A stretch of 64,000 nucleotides of DNA from the NCBI RefSeq assembly GCF_001949145.1, contig NW_019091360.1:437674-501673 (forward strand), in the 5' to 3' direction. The position numbers were made by a program, and so were the translations under genes. This document shows, piece by piece, positions 1 to 12,500 of the stretch. Origin of the DNA: Acanthaster planci. Lineage: Eukaryota. Below the pieces are notes generated by a model. That model worked only from the letters and a program-made list of their open reading frames with translations. It searched no databases and was not told the DNA's origin. Positions within the stretch are counted from its first letter, which is position 1, and every line of letters starts with the position of its first letter.

Positions 1-1205
1 ATGACAGTAGTAGCCGACTTCTTCATGTATCTGTGTCTCCATGTATCAGTCAGGTTTACAGGTCTCAACCATTTGCAACTACTGTTCAGCCACCGTAGCT
101 ATAAGTGACGGCTTCCCTGATGGTTTGACCGTGTCTGACAACGATGCCGTTAGACACCTCCTCCAGGGAATGTTCCATGAGCATCCCCCTACCAAGAGAC
201 TAATTCCCCCCTGGGACTTCGCAGTCATTCTTCAGTTGATAACCAGTTCCCCCTTCAATCCACTCAGCAAAGCATTGCTACTCATATGAACGGTAAAGCT
301 GGCTTTCCTGTTGGCAGTTACTACATGTAACTCACGACAAGGCAACGAACTCAAAGCCTTATCCATCGCTGACAGCCACATCCGATCGGAACTCCACAGC
401 ATCTGCCTCATCCCAGCGCCGGGCTTCCTCACCAAGAACGGCTCAACCTCCTTTCACCCTCCTGACATATTTGTGCTAGACAGTACCAAATGCACTGGGA
501 CCCCAGATGACAAACCTTGGTGCCCGGTGCAAACTTTTCAGTGGTACATGTCCGAACCATTCAGACAATCAAACGTAATGCCTCATCAGGGCTCATGACA
601 TCTGGGTTGTATCAACCTCTTGGGCCTACTTCTGGCGTCCGCCAGTTCAGGAGATTTGCAAAGTAGCATGTTGGAAGACCCCTTCCGCATTCACCACATG
701 CTGCCTCACTGATGTCTTGCAAAGGGACTCCTCACATGGCAGAGCTGTCTTAACATTGGCCAAGACATTGCAGAGGGACTCTTCATCAGGGCAGACCACC
801 TCCGACACTACCTATTGTGCTCTATGTTCTAGTGAGTCCACCAATAGTCGCTGTGACTTTATGTCCTCCATTAACATACACTACACCTCCAGGGGATCAG
901 TGCTACTCTGCATATTAAGTGACTGTTTGGGGTAGGATGAAAGCAGAAGACTCCTCCCCCACATTCAGTGGGGATGAGGTCTGCTATTGACTACCTACCC
1001 CAAACAGATGACTCCCTCGCATCCTCCCCACTTCTGGCTGTGACGGTTCCAATACCAAAAAAGGATGAAGGGCGAGAGGGCGTACTACGGTTGGTCAAGT
1101 TTGTAGCGAATAGAATCAGATGCAAAGGAAATTTGCATATTTCACAACTGTTTGGGGTAGGTATTCAATAGCAGACCTCACCCACAAAGAATATGGAGGA
1201 GGAGT
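1..1205 (+). mobile_element. DIRS1-like retrotransposon 3' remnant (tyrosine recombinase, ICR, right terminus)
   Basis: Frameshifted DIRS YR motifs: VADFFMYL, LQVSTICNY, IPPWDFAVIL, KLAFLLAV..ELKALS, PGFLTKN, WCPV, ACWKTPSAFT. Segment 968-1006 is the reverse complement of 1147-1185 (gtggg..gaggtctgctattga.tacctaccccaaacag), the DIRS ICR/terminus arrangement. Confidence 0.85.
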
Positions 1206-1549
1206 CTCTATTGATGATGGAGTGTCGAGTGGACAGTCTTCAGGGTACGGATGATAGATAATTGATAAGAATGTGTTGAAACAGCCATGTCAATAACTGT
1301 CCTGGAGGAGGACTTTAAGAAAAAGACCAATTTGTCAATGGTCTGGATTAACTACAAAAAGCTGTACGATATACAATGTACTGTCTCATTCATGGATTAT
1401 ACATAGTGTTTGGATTTAGTGGAACTGCTGAGGGGTTGAAGTGATTGCTGGACAACAGTATAAAGGCTTATGGATGATGTTGACAGCTAAGAATGAAAGT
1501 CTGGGTGAGGTTAATATCAGAAGGGGGATTTTTAAAGGGACTCTCTCAA

Positions 1550-1712
1550 CAGCAGCACGGAACGATTGTCAAAGGGGGGGCAGTTTTGAGTCCATCAGGC
1601 TTGGGCCATTAATATGTGAGTCCACCCCATTTTAGGACCTTTAAAAGTGGGGGGCATGCCCCCAGTCAAAAAAAGTGGGGGGCCACTAATCCTCCCCCCC
1701 CCACGTCTGCTG
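1550..1712. mobile_element. Short non-autonomous insertion (cagcag...ctgctg ends, G/C runs) splitting the LINE RT GDSLS|PLLF motif
   Basis: RT homology stops at about 1548 and resumes at about 1720 (LVFVLALM); short inverted ends only. Confidence 0.45.
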
Positions 1713-2111
1713 CCAGAAGACTGGTTTTTGTTCTGGCACTGATGCTACTGTGTAGCTTTACAAAAGGTCAGTGTCGGATATGAGATGAAAAAGGATGGCT
1801 GCAGAATAAGTCATCTGCTCTTTATTGATAACTGGAGTTGCAGGGATTGTTGATTGGACCAAGGTGGAGTTGGAGTCTGTAGGCTGGAAGATGAGGAAAC
1901 TATTGACAGTGCATGGTATGCTGCATCCAGGGGCTAATGTCAGCAGGCTGTACTTGCCAAGGACTGAAAGAGAACTTGTATTGAAGAGCATGAGGGACTG
2001 TGTAAACATGGAACAGAGAGAGGTCTCTGTTTGTTTCTTGGGCACAGGATAGATGGCTGGGGATGGCTAAGAAATATACCTTGGGAAACAAAGTGTACAG
2101 CAGTGCATATA

Positions 2112-2852
2112 CAGTAAAATCTTGATAAGTTGAAGCTTAGGAGAATGGACGAAAAGTTCAAGTTATCCGACGTTCAAGTTATTGAAAGTTACATGCTTCA
2201 GTGCACATGCAACCTTACTTGCTTACGGCAGTTGGCCTGCAAGCTGAGTTGAACACAAAGTGGATTTTAGGCTATCCCTACTGTTTTCCTCAAACGTCAT
2301 CATTAAACGTGGTTTTTATGTGGTACATTAACAAATAATAAACCAATGAAGTTATGTACCGGTACCTATGTCTACGTCTTGAGAATTCATTCATTTGCTT
2401 TGCTTGATCGGGCTGTTACCGCATAACGCAGCGCAGGCCAGTCAGTCAGGGTTTCCCTGCTGGGTCACGTGATACATGTATTTGCTTGAGGGCGCATCAT
2501 TTGTGCCCGATTTATTTTACGGTTGCGGTTGATGCCCACCAGTGCTTGTCAATGTGACAATGGCAGCCTGTGTGAACATGCTCGGCTCATCGAAGCAAAG
2601 CTGTGCGTGTGACAGTAATGACTCATAATGAAGGCAAGCGTTCTTTTATCACTCTTTATTCATCATTCTTCAGTGTTTTTTTTTTAATTTGCCTGCCAAA
2701 ACTTTGAGATAAGCAGCTTTAGTGGTATTGGCGTTTCAAGTTAGGGATAGTTTATTGTACATAAAGGCCTTTTCTTTTGTCAGGAATACAGAAAGACCTC
2801 GAGGTAAACAGAGTTTCGACTTAACGGGCTTCAACTTATCGAGATTTTACTG
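2112..2852. mobile_element. Tc1/mariner/pogo-type MITE
   Basis: TIRs cagtaaaatcttgataagttgaagc / gcttcaacttatcgagattttactg; TA on the left, TG on the right; interrupts the R4 LINE. Confidence 0.8.
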
Positions 2853-3644
2853 TGAGAGGAAAAGGAAGGAGGAAAGGTTAAGAGATTGGGAAGGGAAGCT
2901 ACTCCATGGAAATTTTCTGAGGGACATGAGAGTAGCAAACAACAAGACCTGGGTATGGCTGAATAGAGATGACTTGAGAAGAAAATGGAGGGTTTGATAA
3001 CTGCTGTACAGGAGTGGGCACTGCATGCGGATGAACATGATGAACACCAGGATAGAGGGAGACAAAGTATTGCAAAGTATTGGAGACTGTGGTCCACTTG
3101 GTTTATTAGTCCAACAAGATGGCCCAGACTGAATACAAGGGGAGGTATGACAAGAAAATGTCAAAAATGAGGGATTAAGGTCAAGGACAAATGGGGGAGC
3201 ACGTTTTGGAGAATGTTCTTGAAATGGAGGATTTAAGGTTTCCCGGCATTTCAACATTCAGACTGACTGTGTTGCACAACACAGTTGGCCAGATGTTTTT
3301 CTAGATATGGGAAAAGAATTGTGAGCAACATTATAAATTTGGCTACTCCCGGTGAAACAAGGGTTACAAGCATGGAGAAGGTCTTAAACAAATAGGATTT
3401 GACAAGGGAACTTTAAAGTTGTGGAAGATCTGGGTGAACATCATTCTGGGTGTTATAAAAGATCTGTGTTCTCATTGTGCATCAACAAATAATAGTAATA
3501 ATAATAATGTCTTGAAACCAAGACTAGTTTGGGATACAGTATGCATGCTGCTGTGATTAGACAAGTCACAATTACAACACTGCAAGATTTGTGTGAAATC
3601 ATAAGATGCATATTAAACCTGCCGATGTGTTCATTCCTCTACAG

Positions 3645-3916
3645 GTAAACTGAACAATCTGTTCAACAAACTTCATTTTAAGGTGGAAGTGAAGGAGGAT
3701 CTTTCAGCTCGTGACATGTTGGATTGGTTCAAGAGGGTCAGTCAACTTGACCATAGTCAGTTTGATTGCTTTGCATGCTGTATCCTGACGCATGGAGCAA
3801 TGGGCAAAGTCTACGGTACTGACTGTAATGAAATTGAGATACACCAGATAATGGCACTTTTCACAGCTGTTTCATGTCAGAGTCTTGCTGGCAAGCCAAA
3901 AATGTTTTTCATACAG
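3645..3916 (+). CDS. casp8: Caspase-8/10-like protease, penultimate coding exon (p20, catalytic His)
   Basis: Acceptor cctctacag ends 3644; reading KLNNLFNKLHFKVEVKEDLSARDM...DCFACCILTHGAMGKVYGTD...CQSLAGKPKMFFIQ; donor cag|gtatgt at 3917. Upstream exons are not in the window, so the symbol is a family-level call. Confidence 0.88.
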
Positions 3917-4054
3917 GTATGTTCATTACCATTTCATTTTTCTTTCATAAGTAGAATGTGTTTTATTTTATAATGGTACCTCTGTGTTTTACCGCTATGG
4001 AAAACATTCAAATTAAATGTTTTTATGTAGGCAGAAACCCCAGTCTTTTTTATA

Positions 4055-4442
4055 CAGAGTGTATCAAAATAAAGGAAACCCAAATTCAACCATAATTTTG
4101 TCACGTCAGTGTGACAAGGTTGTATCTTGTGTACAAAACAAATGCGAGTTACGACCTTGTTGCACCGACATGACGATTTATAGGAAAACTGCAGATCTTG
4201 ATATCTTCAGAAAGGCCTGAATGTCTTCTTTCCAATGACACCTTGATCATGTGCCCAATGTCACAGTTGAATGAATAACAATTCATTGTTGACCAGCAGG
4301 TGAAATTTGCACTGTGACGAGTTAGCATACACACATATTCAAAAGCACTTGTGTTGGCCTAAGCACATTCAAATGTCGTCATCTACTGTACAGTGTAAGC
4401 TTACTTGTCATAGTGGAAATTTGGGTTTCCTTTATTTTGATA
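4055..4442. mobile_element. Intronic Tc1/mariner-like MITE
   Basis: ta-cagagtg tatcaaaataaaggaaacccaaatt (4062-4086) is inverted at 4418-4442; the outer right end is degraded. Confidence 0.65.
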
Positions 4443-5548
4443 GTCATGTTTGTGAAAGTATAGGGCAGCTTTGGTGTAGCTGATGTGTACATGTATGCCC
4501 TACTGTCAAGCATCTTGTGTGTACACACGTTGAAACAAGTTTGTATGAACGCTCATTCATGCAAGTTCCTGACAGATGCATCATTCCCACTAGCTGAGGG
4601 CCCAACAGATAGGTGATTTTAAAAGTATAGTCCAACATTTGTCATTGGTGCATTATTTTCCTTTAAGGCAACAAAATTACTCAAAATCTAAAGAAGGGTG
4701 CCTAAGAACAAACCTGATGAAGTTTCAGCTCAGAGAATACTGTAAAGCCCAACAAAAGCAATATTCTAGGAATTCAATTTGAGATCAAAAGTTACTGAGT
4801 CATGTTTTGAATTGTGCCAGAATTTAGCATCTGGGACATGTTCTCATGTAAAGTTGATTGCAACTACATGTATGTGATGTCATTGTCACACCCCTAGAGT
4901 TGTCTTACTCTTAGGGACAGACCTTTGGTAGCTTAGACAGGAATATATACACACCTGTTGCTGGAAATTTGTTTGCCTGTACAATATTTACATTTATTTA
5001 GAAAAGAACACAAAATAAGGATAATTTCTAACATTAACATTTTGATTACAATATAAATGAGGTGATGAGCGCCTCAATGTTGCTTCTGTTTCTTGCATTG
5101 TGGTCGGCTTTTGGCTTCTGTGGCTGACTCGGTAGGTTTTATTAATTTAAGAGTAATTCCGATGTAACATCACTCTGTGACAGTCATGCACTGAACAGAT
5201 GAACTGACAATGTCATGACAATGCTTGCACATGCTTCTAAATGACTACTTGCCAGAAAGAATAATTTCACAGGGAGTTTCATTCCTTAAAATCTTTAAAC
5301 CACGTATGCTTTTCAACAATAATGTAAGATACATGTACTTTTGGGTAACTGCAAATGATGGACTGTACCTTTAATGTATTCCCCAATGAATCTGTACCCT
5401 TTTACCTCTCCAATGGCTTGTTAATGCATCTGATGAAATTACACTTAACAATTAGAATAGTTAAACTGAGGATGTGAACACTGTTAGCATTATCTTTATA
5501 ATTATATTGATGATGCACAGCTGATACGGCTTCCTTGTTTGATTTCAG

Positions 5549-5926
5549 GCCTGCCAAGGTCATGTCCAACAGGTACCAGCAAAAGTGCAAGATACTGAAA
5601 CTGATGAACCTCCGTGTGGAATAGGCGCTGACATCAAAACGTTACCAAATGAGGCTGACTTCCTACTGAGTTATGCTACTGTTCCAGGATATGTGTCATA
5701 TCGAAGTAAAAGCCAAGGCTCTTGGTTTGTCAATGCTTTGGTCGATCAGATAACCAAACACCACAACACTTCAGATTTGATGTCCATCTTGACCACAGTA
5801 AACAGTCATCTTAGTGATGCTGATGCAAAATTTAAAGAGGAAGGTGAAATATTTGTAAGGAAACAGGTGCCAGCACCAAGCTATACATTAAGGAAGAAAG
5901 TTTTTCTGCGTAGTTTGGTTGAGTAA
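5549..5926 (+). CDS. casp8: Caspase-8/10-like protease, last coding exon (catalytic Cys, linker, p10)
   Basis: Acceptor tttgatttcag ends 5548; phase-0 splice gives FFIQ|ACQG; then TETD, ADFLLSYATVPGYVSYRSKSQGSWFV, KQVPAPSYTLRKKVFL; stop TAA at 5924-5926. Confidence 0.9.
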   Translation, partial: ACQGHVQQVPAKVQDTETDEPPCGIGADIKTLPNEADFLLSYATVPGYVSYRSKSQGSWFVNALVDQITKHHNTSDLMSILTTVNSHLSDADAKFKEEGEIFVRKQVPAPSYTLRKKVFLRSLVE

Positions 5927-8900
5927 ATCCACTCAAAATTCTCCAAGGTCACAAACCAAGGCCTGGTAAAGTATAGCGCTCTCCTACATATGTCTATAGC
6001 AAGCAAGTTTACGGTACTTGGGTGCCAGTAGTACTACGTTAATACGCTATTTACATGTATAGGTCTTGTATCACGTGATTATCACTTTATTGCGTGCTTA
6101 GCTATGGAAGCAAGGTACGGACCTGAAAGGCCCAAACTGTCATGTGTACCTTTTTATATTTTACACTCCAGAGTTCCAAATATTGGCTAAAATATAAAAG
6201 GTTAGATTCATCAGATAAGAAACTAGGAATGGTTGGTGATCCATAAATTCATTTCTAAAAATATGCAACCAGTGCAGATGAACATTGTTAACATTTATTT
6301 CACAATCGTACATGTACATAACAAACCTGAAGCCAGTCGCTCTGAAATGGGGTATTGTTTGTGGTCCATGCGTCTTGCCTTGCAATTTAGCTATAGGATC
6401 AACATTGCATTATTGTGATTGGCTGAAGTGGCGTTATCTCATCAAATTACTTCAGCTGTGGAGAATCAAAGTTACAAATTTCAAACAACATTCAGTGATA
6501 TATTTTAAGAGTATACTGTGATGACATCATCACTTTGGTGACAAGAATGCATGTGCTCAGTTCTTGTAGGAAAAATTTCTTTTGTGGCTTGGTGCAAAAG
6601 CTACTATCAATATTGTAGGTTGACAGGACAGTTGAAAGGTTATGTAATTGTGCAAGAAAATAGGAAACTTGACCAATTTTAGTTCTTTATATAGCATAAA
6701 GTGCAAAAGTAATGTTTTCATTATTACATGTTCTCATGCTAGAAGTAAAATGGGTGTAACTTTTTTATACTAATAGTGATTTTTACTATTGTTGACGGAA
6801 AATGCTCTGAAAAATATGCAGAGTCATTACGTCGACCTCCCAGACATAGAATAGCTCTGTTGAAGAGATTTTCATTCATGAAGTTAATGTAGGGGACCGT
6901 GCCTTAGCAAGGGCGACTTCACTGTTTTAATTCTAACTCATGAATATATGCATATTGTGTATAGCTGATATACATTATATCTAGGTTATTTGCATGTTTG
7001 TGTGTCAAGTAATTGTTGCTTGATGACCTTGTGCATCCCACGAGCAAGGACTGACAGTATTTGGTAGACATCCACCAGGAAAATAAGTCCAAAGATTATT
7101 TTAGACTGACTGAACTGACTGAATTTATCGAAATTATTGTAATGTACAATAATTACCCCTTGTATTATGTGATATTTTGGTGATGCGTTAATTGAAGCTT
7201 ACGTTACTTGTACTATAATTTACTTGGTAAGTAAGTCTTCATGTATGAATACAAACAAGAGAGTGTAAGAGACCGTCAAAGACTTTCACTGGGCTGGCCA
7301 TGGAATTCCAGTTTTAGAGAGATGCGGAGAGCATGGGTATATTTTGATGTTAGTAGCACCCATTTCTATGTCTGTGTAGGCATAATCCTATGGCGAATTT
7401 GTAGTAGTCTACATGGAAACCCCTGTGAGTACTTCTTGATTTTGTTTGTGATATTGATGTATTATGATATGTATGGACATTGCCATTCACTTTGATGCAT
7501 TTTATGTAAGCAACGATACACATGTATGCTATAGTGTGCAAATATACAGTATGTATATAGATGCAGTTGGCTCATTGGGAGCTCTCATTATTTCGTTATT
7601 TCAGGCAATGGGGGTGTTTGTGACTGTTGCTGGTCATGAATAAATCAAGGCTACAAATATCCTCCTGCCTGAGCCAGTCTCGGTCTTTGTGCACGTACCA
7701 TGCCGGCGCTCGTTCCGTTTCACAGTGGAACCGGGCTTCCTTGTGGCATCCCACTACATTAACAATGCCAAATTTGGAAAAATGTGTCATAGCAATAAAA
7801 ACCAAATTGGGGCCCACTGTCTGTTGATACTGACATGATTTTTTAGAAGCATATTCATGGCATAAACATCAGACTGTGTCAAGAGGGTAGTGTGAACAGA
7901 AGGGAAATACATACTCCTTGGTATGTCCGTCAGCGATGTAGAACTAGTTTGCCCATCATTCAGGGTGGACAGTGCCGTTTCATCTTTTGTTTTCAAAAGT
8001 GCCTTTGCTTTCACCATGGAGAAATTTCTCCATGCTTTCACGTAGTTCACATAGGTCATTTCTGATGTATTGACAGGTTACTCTGTCAATCACCCGACTT
8101 GTTAAATCAGAAGTTGGGTTTCATGGACATACAGAATTAAAGTCATACTACATCTCAGAAGTCTCAAAAAGTGAAACTTTTTGTCCGTCAGAGTGATCCC
8201 GATAGTATTCAAAGGGTTTGAGTCAACAAAACTCCCATAGGCACAAGTGACTGAAATCGAATGAACCTAGGAAAATGGGGACTTAGGAAGTGGGGATCCG
8301 TGTTTGGAGAGTACCCCAGTCTGATAACCCCATAAGTGATGAAGAAGTATCCAGACTGCAGAAAAGAAAACCTTGACTGGGAAGAGATAAGGTGTGGAGA
8401 TGGAGATGAAGTATGTGTAAAAGTGAAAAAGTTAGAGTTCGCAGGTAGAGGAAATAAGTTCTTAACGTAAAGGGAGAGAACTGCAATCTTGCATCATGAA
8501 AAAAAAGAACTTTGGCCAAGCCCAAATTACTTGGGATAATCTATATTAGCTGTATGATGAACTGATGAGCCTGATCAGTGATGACACAGAAAGATGAGAT
8601 CAACCGACACCACCAAAATGTTTGGGAAGACTGAGTTTGCCATAAAACAAACAAATTATCATTCTCGTTAAAGCAGAAAAGACAACAGTGATAGTACATC
8701 GGAGTGTGAAGTAACATTCTGATGGAAGACATGGTGAGAGATATCAAGAAGTTCCTTGAGTCCCAATAGCTTTCACGTTCCCATTGCCTGGAAGATGTCC
8801 GCTCGAGTTTGATGCCCTCTGCATCCCTTGTCCCTTCATTACGAGGGGAACTTCCTTCTGTGAGGGAAGTTCCCCTCGTAATGAAGTCACACTTTGCACC

Positions 8901-9124
8901 AGAGCTGATGACTCAAAGAAGTATATCATGTGAGATACTTGATGGTGTGCAATAGCAAGATGAGCCAAATCCCAATATTGACCCTTTGCAGCCAATACAG
9001 TCAAATCACACCACTACTCCACTGTGACCCTTGTGTACGGACCAGAGTCCCCAAAGTTGATGAACTTATTCTGACTTCCTTAGAGAAATGTATTAAACTC
9101 CTCGCAAACTCCTGAAAATTAAAG

Positions 9125-9580
9125 AGCAGAACAACAACAAATGCTTGTTGTGTCATCCCAACGTCCCAAGACTACCATCCCAGTGTTTAACAGTGATCCC
9201 CACCAGGATTCACTCTTGGCAGAATGCGCGCAACTCTCTCGTATGTCACCAACCCGTCAATGTTGATGTAAAGACGAGCTTTCTTAACTGCACGTTTCAG
9301 CAACGTCAAAAGTTGTAGAGCACTACTGGAATGAGCACTATTCATTGGAAGAGAAGATGCTTATCAGAAAGCCAGAGATTTTTTGTCCAAAAGATATGGA
9401 AACAGTAGTATTACAGTCAATTTCTTAAAAATCTGGAGAGATGGTTTAAGTTGCCCCAGAGACGCAGTGGGTCTGATCTTAGATTTTTGTAGCAAGATTG
9501 TTGCAGCAAGGGAAACGTTCCCAGGCCTTGATGTTATGGACTACGCCAAGGAGAATGTCAAACTAATTGAAAACAATCCC
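9125..9580 (+). mobile_element. Older BEL/Pao gag remnant, left half
   Basis: Frameshifted RPKTTIPVFNSDP..HSWQNARNSLV, AYQKARDFLSKRYGN, KIVAARETFPGLDVMDYAKENVKLIE; homology resumes at 16690. Confidence 0.7.
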
Positions 9581-12500
9581 TGTAGCCTTTTGCGCTACAG
9601 ATCGCCAAACAGCGTGGCTCAGCAATTACACGCACCCGGATTAGTAATCAAATAATGTCCGTTACATGTACATGTAACTGAATGTCACTTTATTTGCTGG
9701 AAAGATGTGGCAAGCGAGCTTGGGTGGCTATGCAATAACGAAGTCTGAAGTCGGATGATAATAATTTGTGATTCAGTTATGACCAGAGGACTTAAATACA
9801 GAGATAGCGCAGAAACACAGCAGCGTGGCGTCATAGAGTAGCAGTAGTAGTTGAGTTAGACAGAAGGAAGCTGCTGTGCTGGTGCGCTATCTCTGTATTC
9901 AATTTAATTTACTGGCAGAAGTGCAAGCAGAGAAGAGAAGACAAGCACTTGAGGAGGAAGAACTGAGGTTACGACAGAAATGTCGACAAATAGCCAAAAT
10001 GGATGCGATGGAAAAAACTTTCGCCGAGACTGAGAATGGTGAAATTCAGTTGGGACCTACCAAACACTCCATCCCATATTGCCAGCCAGTGACTGGTCAC
10101 CTCACAACACCTGGTCAAGACAACAATGCCTGTGAAAAGGGGGACATTATTTCAACTTCAAACTCGCCGTCAGCCGTCATGGAAAGTACCCATGTTGGAG
10201 ACATCTTGACTCAGATGCTGAACAATAGCCAGCTGCAGCAGCAGTCCCTCGTTGAAAATCTACATCTGCCAAAGACAGAACTGATGACTTTCGATGGGGA
10301 CCCAGTTAATTATTGGGTGTTCATTAGAGCATTTGAAAATGCTGTAGACAAGGAATATGTTAACGATGCAGCCAAGCTTGCCTGTCTGCAACAGTACTGC
10401 ACTGGACCGGCAAGAAAACTCATCCAGTACTGTGTGATGAAGACACCCAGTGAAGGTTATGCTCTTGCCAGAAAGCTGCTGAAAGAAAGGTTTGGCAATG
10501 AATACGACATCGCTGAGGCCTGGGTGAACAAGATCGTTGCCAGACCAGAGATTCGAGACCGCAAGTCACTGTTTGATTTCTCAGATGAGCTGCATAATTG
10601 CCGAGAGACCCTGCTCACCATGGGCAAGCTTAACGAGCTAAACAACGACAAAGGCCTTTCTCGGATCTAGAAATTGCCATGGGACTTGCGAAGAACATGG
10701 ATAAAAAGGGTGCACTACATTAAGAATGTCGGCGAGAGGGCATCCAACATTGATGATGTAGTGAAGTTAGTAACAACCTCAGCAGAACAGGCTAACGACT
10801 CTGTGTTTGGTAAACTTGTTAGGAACACCCGAGGCCAAAGGACTAGCCGAAGCCAAAACAGAGAGCCAACTTCAATACAATGGTCGAGATTTCTCAAGCC
10901 AAGACAACCGCTGGGTCAAGTCCAAGTACAACCTACAAGCAATGGGTATGGGCACAAAAAACAGTCTGTTTTGTGGCCAAGGGCATGGGTTGTTCGGCTG
11001 CAATGCCTGGAAGGCACTGCGGGTTAACGACCGGCTGAATTTTGTGCAAAGTAAGCGGCTTTGCGTGAATTGTCTGCAGTTGGGACATCGGGCCAAAGAC
11101 TGCACCAGAAACACGGTCGGCACTGTGCCTGGATGTGGACTTAAGCACACCAAATTTTTACACCTACCCCATACAAGTGACGGCACGACGAAAACCACTC
11201 GACACCATCCCCTTCGTTACTCAAACAGCCGACACCTCGGCACCCATGAATACCAGTAAGAGACCACCAACGAGCACCTCAACAAACATGACATGCAACG
11301 CCATTGGGGCCGGCGTTGGTAAAGTAGCCCTTCCAATTATACCTGTGAAGGTGAGAGGACAGGGAGGATTTTCAGATTTCGTGGTCACGTGTGCTCTTCT
11401 TGATTCTGGATTAACGCAGAGTTTTTGCTTAGAAAGCTTGATGAGGAGACTTGGAGTACCGGGGAAGCACGACAAGATTAGGCTTACAGACTCGACAACC
11501 GTGGCGTACTCACTGACACCTTTGTTGTGAGCCTTGAAGTCACTGACATAAATGACAACACTGTAGTCTTGACACGTGCTGGCCAGGCCTGAGCTCCACA
11601 TCAGCTCTGATTGCCTCGTGACCCAGGAAGAGTTGAACAAGTGGCCGCATTTGAGGGACATTGTTCTGCCAGATACAGACACAAATTAGGTTAACCTTTT
11701 CATCGGACAAGACAACCCTTCAGTCATGACGTCTAAGGAAGTTCGTGAAGGCGGCCTGGAAACACCCTACGTCACGAGGACCATTTTGGGCTGGACGCTA
11801 AATGGTCCGATAGAATCTGGACCCCAGAAGCGTGAATCTTCACACTTCATTAACACTAATGTCAGTCTCCACCGTCAAGTGGAGAAATTCTGGAAGCTGG
11901 ACGATGCAGGAGGCAGCAAACCCGCTGTCTATCAGTGATGGGAAGGTCATCGCTATGTGGAGCAGTCTGTCTGTTTGGATGGCGGACACTACAGCATGGG
12001 CATTCCCTTCAAGACCAAGCCACCCTATCTGCCTGACAAGAAGGCAGTTGCAGAACACAGGCTGCGCCTTCTCACCAGGAGACTACAGAGAGACACTGAC
12101 ATGAAAGAGAAGTACATTGCAGGCATTGATATGCCAAGGGCTATGCTGAGGAAGTACCTCGACAACAATTCGACAGATCAGACGGAGCAGTCTGGTATCT
12201 TCCACATCACCCTGTGATCCATCCACGAAAACCCAGGAAGCTGAGGATTGTATTTGATTGTGCTGCAAAGTATCGAGGTGTGTCACTGAATGACAAGGAA
12301 CACCAAGGCCCTGATTTCACCAAAAGTTATTTGGAGTCCTACTTCGCTTCCGTCAAGAGACCATCGCGCTCATGGCAGACATAGAAGGGATGTTCCTCCA
12401 GGTTCGGGTGAACAAGCCTGGTCATGATGTCCTGCGTTTCCTGTGATGGGCCAATGATGACATCGCTGAAGTTCCAAAGACGTACCGAATGACCTCTCAC

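Larger units (their letters stand above)
1236..3508 (+). mobile_element. Degenerate R4/Dong-clade non-LTR retrotransposon (RT and C-terminal region) with (TAA)n tail
   Basis: KKTNLSMVWINYKK, GEVNIRRGIF, GIVDWTKVELE..RKLLTVHGMLHPGANVSRLYLPR, WEGKLLHGNFLR..TWVWL, EGLITAVQEWAL; ends in aataatagtaataataataat (3488-3508). Interrupted by two insertions. Confidence 0.8.

Noticed and set aside
4663..5289. TTAA-flanked Kolobok-like MITE in the caspase intron
   Set aside because: Putative TIRs match too weakly to support a call.
7638..7800. Caspase polyadenylation signals (aataaa near 7638 and 7794)
   Set aside because: Common hexamer in AT-rich DNA; cannot be assigned without transcripts.
7596..8830. 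Possible coding exons, viral or transposase remnant
   Set aside because: Coding-like composition, but no motif I could recognise with confidence on either strand.
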